A DNA stretch of 62,968 nucleotides, counting the filler, from Octopus bimaculoides (lineage: Eukaryota), in assembly GCF_001194135.2 (NCBI RefSeq). It is 4 parts of 3 records of this genome, joined end to end, with 100 filler letters (N's around TTAATTAATTAA, not from the genome) between each part and the next. Parts side by side here need not be neighbours in the genome. Positions count along the whole stretch, not along the records: positions 51,800 to 60,581 come from NC_068981.1; positions 60,682 to 62,968 come from NC_069002.1; 2 more parts are not named here. One strand, given 5' to 3'. The notes under the pieces were generated by a model. That model did no database searches, was not told the DNA's origin, and worked only from the letters and a program-made list of their open reading frames with translations. Shown piece after piece: positions 52,066 to 62,968 of this stretch. Position 1 is the stretch's first letter. Each line of letters starts with the position of its first letter. The position numbers were made by a program, and so were the translations under genes.

Positions 52066-52819
52066 TTCACATAAATATACATATATATATATACACAATT
52101 ACAGGTTTCTTTCAGTTCCCAATACCAAATACATTGAAAAGGCATTGTTCGGCTGACGGTTAAAGTAGAACCTACTTACTGTTTAGCGGTGATCCTGAAA
52201 CCGAGACCACAGGTTTAGGAAGACAACTCCCTAAACACACAACCATGCCTGCACTTGTGTGGATATGTGTGTATCTATTTATTTTCCAACCACTTTCAGT
52301 CATTCTATGATTTTTCTCCGATGAAAGACTAGCGCCCAAAATACAAAGAGTTTCCCCCTTCTTTTGAGTATTAAACTAATACTTGTTACTTAAAATCTTG
52401 TCCCTCGTGTATTGTCTTCTTTTCATGTTCATTGCTTAATATACATACATAATCAACACTTTTTAATACCCATCTTCCATAATGGCACTCGTTGGATTGT
52501 TTAACAAGATCCAATGGATTGGCTGTCTGCATTGTGCTCTGATCCCTGCTCCAGCATGGTTTCTAGAACTGGATACCCTTGCAAATTCCAAGGGTTTATT
52601 GGGTACTTTTACCATTGACACCATCAACTATGAGGACATTGTGTAGCTCAATGGACTAAGCTTCCCATCAATCGATGGGACCACAGCAGAGAGAGCAGAA
52701 GAGTATATTGATCAATGTAGGGTGGGGTGGGGGGGGAGGTCAACAGGTGATATGCTGACTGGGAGACAAAGGGTGAAGGGCAGAATAACAATAGTAGTAG
52801 TAGTAGTAATAATAATAGA

Positions 52820-53030
52820 TTTCAATTTTAGCACAAGTCCGGTAATTTCAGAGAAGAGGGTAAATCGATTCCACTGACATCAGTGTGTAACTGGTACTTA
52901 TTTTGTCAATCACTCCACCCGCCTTTCAAAAAAAAAAAAAAGATGAAAGGCTAAGTCGGTGGAATTTGAACTCAGAACGTAAAGACGGACGAACTGTCAC
53001 TAAGCATTTTGCCCGGCGTGCGCACGATGC
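52820..53030 (-). mobile_element. SINE family A
   Basis: ACTGGTACTTATTTTGTC..GATGAAAGGC..GGAATTTGAACTCAGAACG. Confidence 0.78.
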
Positions 53031-53791
53031 CGCCTCAACAACAATAGTAACAACAACAACAACAATAACAACGACAGCTTTATCTTTTGTGCTGGTATGG
53101 GATGGACAGGTGACAGAATCCAGTGAGCTGGAGGCCTGCATCTAGCTTCAAGGTCCACTTTAGTATGGCTTCTATGGCAGGGATGCCCAACCACTTTACA
53201 GCATATGCTGGGTGCTTGGACCATTTTCATACAATAAGCACCAACCAAGTTGTCATACGGCTGCAAGGCAGCTTTAGGCTAGACGAAGGGTTAAAGCATG
53301 AGATGGGGCCAGAACATTATATTATATATATATATACACACACACACACGCATATATATACACATACACACAGATGTACACACGCATTCATGTATATATA
53401 TATTTGTATACATATTCATGTGTATATATAAATATATACATACAAATTTATATATATATATATATATACAGAAATATATATGTATATATACACATGTACC
53501 GCTTACCGATTGCCGGGTGTACTCATTGGCTACGATTCGCCAATACAAGCAAGGAACGGTCGTTTAGACATCCACCCAACCATACATACACACACATGAC
53601 ATAATTATATATAAAAAAAGTGTTTACATAACGAATTACATGTAATATTTTTAATGAATGAATTCTTCAAATTCAGTTCTAAAATTCCATACAGAGCACC
53701 AAAATATACACACATATAATTATTATAGATATCTGCCAATTTTTTTTTTTTTTTGCAGGTATTTAATAAAACCTAATTATAAATAACTCAC

Positions 53792-54097
53792 CTTGACTAG
53801 TGGAAGTGATGAAATATTATTTAAACAGCAAAGCGATCTTAGATGTGATAACTGTTGAGAATTTGAAGAAATATCTTTTCTGCTTTGCCTCAGCAAGGAA
53901 TTAAGTTGTTTATCAACAATATAGAGGAAATTCAATAAATTAGTTGAATATGTGTCAGCAGTGATTCCTTTGGCATTCGCGGGACATTGGCTGGATGGAC
54001 AGATTACATCGCGAAGTTGATTATTTTTTAATCGATAATGCGATAAGAGTCGTTTATGAGTTACTCTTCGAAAATATTGAAATTTATCCATAATCAT
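53792..54097 (-). CDS. Candidate first coding exon of an unidentified gene
   Basis: ATG preceded by an in-frame stop, 102 open codons in AT-rich DNA, ending at a consensus donor AAG|GTGAGT; no recognisable family. Confidence 0.4.
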
Positions 54098-54389
54098 CGG
54101 TTATATGATATCCTTGTACGATAGGTGAAATTTTGTTATTTCCAACAAAATTCGAAGCCCGACGAATAATGTACTGCGTAGCGTGATCAGGAAGGATTAG
54201 TCAAACTGAAGTGAATACCATAGTGTTAGTAAAATAAGTGTCAATACTTGAAGTTAGTTATTATTAGAAATGCATATTATTTTTATTATTTTTATTCGAA
54301 AATTAAAAGTTTGTGTTGCAAAAAAATTTAAAATAATTCAAAAATAAAAATTTTAAACCAATTCTCTTTTGTACGGGATCAGTAGCCTA

Positions 54390-54522
54390 CTCAAAAAGCG
54401 TCCAATCATGGCGCACGTTACAAAATTATGAAGGCAAATTGTATCACATGAACAATTGTAGCCAATAGAAAATACGGTTTTCCCCGCGTAAAGTCAAAGC
54501 ATCTCGTCCTCTGAAGGTGAGT
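54390..54522 (+). promoter_or_regulatory. Candidate promoter with two CCAAT boxes and a plus-strand first-exon donor
   Basis: CCAAT at 54402 and 54462, local CpG retention, AAG|GTGAGT at 54516/54517. Confidence 0.4.
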
Positions 54523-56220
54523 GCTAGAAAATAAATTTCGTACTTTTCAGAAACATGTTACCAATTAAGGTAGTAAACACATAACTAAATTTCTGAATTC
54601 TTATTTAAAATTTTATCGGTAATTATTGTCCCTCTAACGTCAGTAAAAATCTTTTGGTTCAGCAATGCTCCTCTATCTCTGTGTTCCATCCACCAGTACG
54701 GGATAATTGGTGAAGTATGAAAATACTCTTTGTTTTTATTTTTCTACCGGAAACTATATAAATATGTCGCATCGGTTATTCTAAAGGTTTCTGCAAAAGT
54801 AGACTTAGAAGTAAAATGTAAGGAAAACAGTCTGAACAAATCCCTAGAAGATCATCATGTGGTAGTCGAAGGTTTGATATCTATTGTGTAAGTGTGTTGC
54901 TTAAGATGACGCTTTACATCTCATTTAGAGAATTCGTGAATCCATGTCTGCATTGCTCCATATAGGTGATATTTCTATATATATTTAATGAAATAATGCA
55001 ATAGGTACTTTAATGTTATCTTCTAAGATCATAATAAGTTTATTCAATATAGAGTCACTGTTTAAATCTCCAATCGAACTTGCATTGTCATGTGGGTGGG
55101 TGTCTACCAGCAACGCTGATGTGCCCATGCTGTTTTTATGAGGTGGAAATTAATATTTACTATTTGTACTCTCATCACAGCTTAAAACAAATTAGGTGGC
55201 AGATAAAAATCCTGCCTATATATTATATTCCTTTTGGACATATGCCACACACGCTGAGTCTTTATACCAATATATCCCTCCCCCCTCCTTTTTAAATCTG
55301 CTCTAGTGGGGGTAAAAAATCCTGCAAAGCTAATCTTTTTGTATGCTTTTGAGCAACATCATCTTGTTATTGGGTTATTTTGATCGTTATTCTATGTATG
55401 TATATGTATATATATATCTATATGTATCTACATAGGTCTTTAAGTTTCAAATTTATAATATCTACATTTGGTAAATATCTATTTTAAAGTGCCCACTTTT
55501 CACAAGATCCATACATGCCGCAATTAGTTTTGTGTTTTAACACAGTGTCTGTAAATAATATCTTGCAACGTTCAACATGCTTCACTTGCTAACATTATAA
55601 GCGTTTAGAATACACATAAAACTCGATTTTAAAAAAATAGCAATAATGTATTTCTTGTATCACTGTTGACTTTCTTTTCGCAACTTTTTAATACCAGTTA
55701 CTACCATGCGATTTTTTTTCTCTTAAGCAAATAATATAGAAAATGCTGATTGATAGATTTCGTTTCAAGCAACGTTATTTTGTGTAGTGGATATATGTGT
55801 TATACGTAAATACTAATATATGTAAATAATTTAAATGAGAATTACCTATATAAACCAATAATTCATGTCAAATTTTATATATGCGTTTATAAGTGTTTAT
55901 TGCGAAAACGTATGTGTGAGATAGATATATGGATGTGGGGAATGAACAGGAAATATTATTTGACATATATGCCGTATATATTGTTGCATTATTTATATAT
56001 ATAATAATACAATCCATTATATGTAATTATAATATGCAATATGTGTTTCATATAAAGTGTATATATATATTTATATAAATATATGTATATTTAAATATCT
56101 CTTTCTCCCCCCCCCCTCTTCTCCTCTTTGTCGATGTATCTCTATATATCTACATTACTCAATCCTTCATATTATACGCTATTAAGAAATATACATTTAT
56201 ATTATTTATATTTCGTAGCT

Positions 56221-56265
<45 letters not shown>

Positions 56266-56925
56266 NNNNNNNNNNNNNNNNNNNNNNNNNNNNNNNNNNN
56301 NNNNNNNNNNNNNNNNNNNNNNNNNNNNNNNNNNNNNNNNNNNNNNNNNNNNNNNNNNNNNNNNNNNNNNNNNNNNNNNNNNNNNNNNNNNNNNNNNNNN
56401 NNNNNNNNNNNNNNNNNNNNNNNNNNNNNNNNNNNNNNNNNNNNNNNNNNNNNNNNNNNNNNNNNNNNNNNNNNNNNNNNNNNNNNNNNNNNNNNNNNNN
56501 NNNNNNNNNNNNNNNNNNNNNNNNNNNNNNNNNNNNNNNNNNNNNNNNNNNNNNNNNNNNNNNNNNNNNNNNNNNNNNNNNNNNNNNNNNNNNNNNNNNN
56601 NNNNNNNNNNNNNNNNNNNNNNNNNNNNNNNNNNNNNNNNNNNNNNNNNNNNNNNNNNNNNNNNNNNNNNNNNNNNNNNNNNNNNNNNNNNNNNNNNNNN
56701 NNNNNNNNNNNNNNNNNNNNNNNNNNNNNNNNNNNNNNNNNNNNNNNNNNNNNNNNNNNNNNNNNNNNNNNNNNNNNNNNNNNNNNNNNNNNNNNNNNNN
56801 NNNNNNNNNNNNNNNNNNNNNNNNNNNNNNNNNNNNNNNNNNNNNNNNNNNNNNNNNNNNNNNNNNNNNNNNNNNNNNNNNNNNNNNNNNNNNNNNNNNN
56901 NNNNNNNNNNNNNNNNNNNNNNNNN

Positions 56926-56977
<52 letters not shown>

Positions 56978-57929
56978 CTGAATATACAAAAAATATATTT
57001 ATAAGTATGTATGAATATATAAAATATATTTTTTTATGAATATATAAAATATATTTTTTTATGAATATATAAAATATATATATATAAGTATATATGAATA
57101 TAAAAGATATATATATATAAGTATAAATGAATACATAAAAATATAAGTATGTGTGTGTGTGCAGGGGTTCTTTGCCTTGCCAATTGCATGGAAACCTCCC
57201 TGATATTGGTGATGTGAAAAAAAAAAAGCACTTAGTAGATGATGTAAAGTGGCTGGCATTAGGAAAAGCATATAACTGCAGAGACCATGCTGGAGCAGAA
57301 TGCAGTCCTTGATCGTTTTGGACACTGTCAAAATGTCCTACCCATGCCAGCATGGAACATATATATATAAGTATAGATATATATGTGTGTGTGTGTGTAT
57401 GTATCACTGTATCAACTGGTCAGTTGTATGTTGAGATACACTGCTGGTTGCAATGCATTTCCTCTCATTGTAGCTTTCAAATGATGTCACTCTGTTGGCT
57501 AGGCAACCATGCTTGTGGCATGTACCTGGTTGAGACCATGACATTCACCATAAAATGGGTGCCAGTTTGTTGCTGGGTAACACATTTCTTGTTGAGTGAA
57601 CTGGAGCAACATAAAATGAAGTGTTTTGCTCAAGAACACTTCATTATGTGAGTCTGAGTGCAACAGTCTCATCTCTAGGCATTCACATACATATGTATAT
57701 TGTATATTAATAATTGGCTGAAGTTACAGAGTCAGTCAAGGACCGAAAGTATCTTGCATTGGCACTTACAAATGCCAGTGTCTGAAAGTCTCAGCCCTTG
57801 AGCCACTCTATAATTTCTGCTGATTATTAATAAGTTATGTGTGTTTTCCTGTTTACATCTCCAAACCTGTATACATATGTATTTATATATATTTGTATAA
57901 ATGTGTGTGGCAAGCTTCCAGGTTAGTCG

Positions 57930-59230
57930 AAGGAAGGAATAATGTGCCCTATCCATAAAGGAGGTAACAAAGCAAGTGCCAAAAACTATAGCCTAGCTCT
58001 CTAACTTCACATATCAGCAAAGTCGTGGAATAAAGTCGGAAGGCAACTGATGACATTCCTTGAAGAAAATGACTTGCCGATTGACACCCAGCATGCTTTC
58101 CAATCGGGAAGAAACTGCCTGGCACAGCTCTTGCAGCACTGCAATTGGGTGTTGAAACAGTTGCGCAATCACTCAAATGTGGATGTGATATACATTGACT
58201 TTACGAAAGCCTGAGATAAAGGTGATCAGGAGATAATATGTCAAAAACCGCATGATCTTGGCATAGTTGGAAAAGTAAGAGAGTGGTTACATGAATTTCT
58301 AAATGGTAGAAGTCAAACGAAAGTAACCACTTTCAAGGGAAGTAAAATAATGAATGGTGTCTTGGGGGGGGGGGCACATCTGTTCATAGTGGCCCCTCTC
58401 AGATATCTTTTCGTCCATACAAAGAGCCATCCTCATAAGCTACGTAGACAATACAAAAGTCTCCTAAGTTATACAGAACCCTGAAAAAGCCAAGCACCTG
58501 CAACAAAAGTTGGATGCTTTATACAAGTGGGCTGAAGACAATAACCTGCAGTTTAATGCTGCAAAGTTCTAAGTCAGCAGACATAACTAAATGTGATAGG
58601 AGGGATTGTAGCCCAAGAATCACAATCAGTGTGTGACCTGAGTTTTTACATAAGTAATGATACATCTTTCCTTCCATGTTCATATTCTAAAGTTAGCAAT
58701 AAAACAGAGGCGACTAGCTAGATAGATTGTTAGTACAATCAGAACAAGAGAACCAGAAACCCCTGGAGGACATTTGTCCTAAGCCATTTCGGCTGTTGCT
58801 CTCAGCTATCATTGCCACATAGTATAACATTAACAGCAGAACTCAAAGCAATCCAACAAAGTTGGTAGTATCAATGCAGCAGATTAGCTACTGGGAAAGA
58901 ATGAAATGGTTAAGACTCTACTCCTGGAACAAAGGCAGGAAAGATATGCTGTAATATACATCTGGAAGATCCTACAAGGACTTGTCCCAAGCTCTGGCAT
59001 TGTAGTACCAAAGATTCCACTCTTGCCAGCAAAATACAGGATCAGATACTGCAGTAGCTTGGGATTCGAAGGCTCTAAAGTTGAATCCAAGTACTTGAGA
59101 GACTAGCATACAGTGGATGTAGATGGCATCAAAACAAACTGGATCTCCTACAGTCCCAAAGAGTCCCAGATGAATCAGTTTCGCAGTAGGAAACACAAAT
59201 GAGAGCAGCAACATCAAACTCCCTTGTTCA
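57930..59230 (+). mobile_element. CR1-like LINE RT remnant
   Basis: PIHKGG..NY..LTSHIS, QHAFQSGRNCL.QLL, VDVIYIDFTKA, YVDNTK, LERRQERYAVIYIWKIL-like segments, with stops and frameshifts. Confidence 0.82.
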
Positions 59231-59554
59231 CCAAATGCCGACCAATTGGCAGCAGTGCCTAAGCATGGCCATGACTCTCAAGCTGTTACTAGTGCGAGAG
59301 TAAAACAATGTATGCATAGATATTTGTATATGCAGATTTTTTGCTTTTTTCATATATGTGTATATCATGTGTGCCCCTGCACATATGTGTGTGTGTGTGT
59401 GTGTGTGTGTATGTATATATACATGTGTGTATATGTATGTATATGTGTATGTGTAATATATATATTTGTGTGTGTGTGTGTGTGTGTATATGTAGGTATG
59501 TATATGTTTTTGTATGCATGTGTGTGTATATATAATAAATACACACACACACAT

Positions 59555-59820
59555 CATCATCATCATCATCATCGTTTAACGTCCGCTTTCCATGCTAGCA
59601 TGGGTTGGACGATTTGACTGAGGACTGGTGAAACCGGATGGCAACACCAGGCTCCAGTCTGATTTGGCAGAGTTTCTACAGCTGGATGCCCTTCCTAACG
59701 CCAACCACTCAGAGAGTGTAGTGGGTGCTTTTACGTGTCACCCGCACGAAAACGGCCACGCTCGAAATGGTGTCTTTTATGTGCCACCCGCACAAGCCAG
59801 TCCAGGGGCACTGGCAACAT
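59555..59820 (-). mobile_element. Short retroposon with (ATG)n tail
   Basis: (CAT)n followed by CGTTTAACGTCCGCTTTCCATGCTAGCATGG..GGATGCCCTTCCTAACGCCAACC; related sequence at 57160-57360. Confidence 0.6.
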
Positions 59821-60949
59821 TTATATGTATACACACTTCAGGAATGGAAAAATCTGTATGAATATTTTAATTCAGTGTTATAACCATTTGATAAATCATC
59901 GAAAGACGTATTTATATTTACAGAGGTACTGATACAAGTTAAATATTTCTACAGGTTTTTCCTTGCCTGAAGTGTATATACAATTTTTTGATGGACTCTG
60001 TATATATGTATGTATGTACACAGTTAAGAAATTATAATGACAAAAGGAAAAAACAATTTTGTTCAAAGCTCTGGTGAAGCTATAGGACTATTCATGCATT
60101 CAACTATGATAGCATTGCATCTTGTAGCAGAAACTGCTCTAAGCTAATGGAGTTCATAACATACTTATTTATTCCTTTGTCATCCCAATTGCTTATCATC
60201 AATCCATAAGCGACTGATGGTTCATACTGAAGCATATGTATCGCGTGTGCTTACACCAGGTTATTAGTGTCACTATGCCTAAGTGAAATAATAAAATATG
60301 TACATATATAAATATATGAATTATATATGTGTGTATTTGTATATACATGTATCATCATAAATATGTATATATACAGTTGTTATATTGGGAGTATATAGTA
60401 TATGTATATGTGTTTGTACATGTATGTATATATATGCAAACACATGTATGTATATATACATAGGTGTGTATATAGATATACATATGTAAACATATATGTG
60501 TGTGTGTATATATATACATATGTACGCATATATATACACTTATATATACACATATATATACATATGTGTGTATGCCTATATNNNNNNNNNNNNNNNNNNN
60601 NNNNNNNNNNNNNNNNNNNNNNNNNTTAATTAATTAANNNNNNNNNNNNNNNNNNNNNNNNNNNNNNNNNNNNNNNNNNNNGATAAGATTATTGGAACAA
60701 ACGAGAAAGTTCTAGTAAAAAAAAATTATTTTAATTGTATTTTGTGGCATAGAAACTCATAAATTTATTCTGTACGAATACTTTTTTCACTCCTAAATAT
60801 TTATAATTGTATATAAATTCATTAGTTACTATAATTTTTTAGTTTCTTTTGCATATTCTTAGTTTATGCATGTGTATGCAAATATAGTATTGATATATCC
60901 CATTTATGTTCATTAGAAATTAAATAAATAAAGAATTTTGACATGTATG

Positions 60950-62579
60950 AATATTCATTTCCCCCACTGTATATTTCCACACAAAACACTTATGGGCTTA
61001 TTCCATACTTTGAATAGTTCCATCCACTCTGTGCTGAATAAATTAAGTGAACTTTTTAACACATAAATCTTTGCCTTTTTCATTTGACCTTGAAATGTTA
61101 CATTACATACAAATTCACCAAAAAAATATAACCTTTCTCCTGTAACATCATGTACTACCTCTTTTAATTTAATTAATTTCAGCTTACTGACATATTTCCA
61201 CATTTTTTCGTTTATAATGGTTATATCACTACTAGTGTCCAATTGCATTTTAACACTTGTATTTCTGATTTTCAACTTCATGAATTCCCTCATCGTTATA
61301 TTACCAATTTCTTCCAATGACATACTATTTATTCTTTTTCCTTTGTTCTGACGTTTTATCATTTTCGTTCTTTATATCTTCATTCTTTATATGTCCTATA
61401 CTACCACAACAAAAGCACTCCACTTTTTTCATTGGACAATTTTTCTTCAGGTGTATACCTCCACATGCAAAACATAGGCTTATTTCCTGAATTTTGTCAT
61501 ATTTCTTAGAAAACACTTTATCTCTATTCTGACTATTTCACACTTGCTTTACTTGGAAACAATCTTTTACATTCAATTTCTTCTGCATCATGTCTTCATT
61601 TGATTATCCTTTCACATTCTTCTGACACTTGCTGTGGGGTTACATCCTAATTTTGTTCCAGCTTAGTGAGAATTCTAGTTCTAACTTTTCCATCCTTTTC
61701 GGCAGTTAGTACCTGTGTAAAAATCAGGCATTTGTATACATCTGGCGTTAATTCATCCTGTTTGAACTTCTTGCATTCCCTGTTAACTCTACCAGCATAT
61801 GTGATATAGTCCTCATTGTTGTTTTTGTCTATATTCAGACACTTCCAACATGTGTTGAACAATGAGCTTTTTTCACTGAAAATTTTACACAATATATCTA
61901 TTGTGTCATTAAAGTATATGTCCCAATGTTTTCTTGAGAGTACATAATTACTGTATCGTTCATCTTCTGTTTCCACCAGTTTTCTTAAGATTAAGCAAGA
62001 TTACATCGCATCGTCCCAATCTTCACACTCTTTCTTGAAGATTTGCTCATATCATCTGTAGTATGTTTCAAAGGTAACTCTTTTGAACTCTGTTATGGAA
62101 TTCGCAACATAATCTGTCAAGAACACTTTTTCTGAATTTCCTGACAACTTCAGTAATTGCAGCATTTGTTACTGTAATATTATTTGTTGTAGTTGTTGCT
62201 TCTTGTAGTTATATCTGCTACTGTTGTTGTTCTTTCAACCAAATAAAATTTCCAGCCAATAAATTTTCCATACTTTTACAATTTTTCGTAAAATTCATAC
62301 ATCAACTTTATGAATTTATTAACTCCTATTGGAGTTACCTAATTCCTCATGAGTTGTTTAAATCCTCGTCGCCACTGTTATAATCCTTGAAATGTTGGAT
62401 TATTACAATCCCCACTTCGGTATACAGTATACTTACTAAAATCAGTAAAGACACAACTATCTCTGACCTCCTACTATGTACTCTCTCGCACTGTCTTGTA
62501 CTCTCCTATCATTAGTGACTATCTCATACCACTTTTCCCATGAGAGGGGTGTACCATTATTCCTATCATCCCTAAAACA
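60950..62579 (-). mobile_element. Ty3/Gypsy LTR retrotransposon 5' half: probable LTR, PBS, gag, protease
   Basis: FSEKSSLFNTCWKCL..EDYITYAGRVNREC gag, tandem CCHC knuckles CFACGGIHLKKNC / CFCCGSIGH, protease MQLDTSSDITI; the LTR edge TG is at 62376 and its far edge near 62579 is uncertain. Confidence 0.85.
62362..62374 (-). promoter_or_regulatory. Primer binding site TGGCGACGAGGAT
   Basis: Lies 1 nt after the LTR-terminal CA; complementary to ATCCTCGTCGCCA, the typical animal tRNA-Ser(GCU) 3' end. Confidence 0.75.
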
Positions 62580-62589
62580 ATTATATTCA

Positions 62590-62720
62590 CCTCAGTGCAT
62601 GACTGCTATTTTATCGACCCCCAAAAGAATGAAAGCAAAGTCAATCTCAGTAGAACTTGAACTCAGAACATAAAAACGGTTGAAATACTGCTAACCATAC
62701 TGTCCAGCATGCTAGCTATT
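62590..62720 (-). mobile_element. SINE family A fragment
   Basis: TTTTATCGACCCC.AAAGAATGAAAG.CAAAGTC..TTGAACTCAGAAC. Confidence 0.75.
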
Positions 62721-62968
62721 CTGTCGGCTGTCCACTCCCACCCACCCCACATATACCTGGCTGATATCAAAACAGGTTACTTTCAAACAAAGACCAACTT
62801 TTTTATAATTGTCTTTTGCTATGAGAAATAACAAACCCAAAATTAACATATTTCTGTGTATTTGTGTGCGTAATAATTAAATATGTACATACATAGAAAT
62901 AATATATGTACACACACGTGTGTTGGAGTATATATATACATACATATATATATATATGTATGTATGTG

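Overview
AT-rich, microsatellite-dense, gap-ridden eukaryotic scaffold. The SINE families and repeat content are most consistent with a cephalopod (octopus-like) genome; this is inference. Most of the window is transposon debris: a full-length degenerate mariner, a maT/DD37D remnant, MITEs, a Helitron, R4/Dong-like, Tx1/L1-like and CR1-like LINEs, a Gypsy 5' half with a tRNA-Ser PBS, many tRNA-derived SINEs and several Penelope-like (PLE) fragments. No complete host gene is visible; the only gene-like signal is a candidate head-to-head promoter and first exon near 54 kb. Nearly all long ORFs in the supplied track are microsatellite or N-gap artefacts. The most interesting signal is invisible in the ORF track: a set of type I hammerhead ribozymes (HHR). 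One sits in a ~410-bp non-coding unit found both as a monomer and as a circularly permuted head-to-tail copy (retrozyme-like). Another sits in a tRNA-headed SINE-like element with PLE-style inverted ends. A GIY-YIG Penelope 3.8 kb from the first carries an almost identical ribozyme core.
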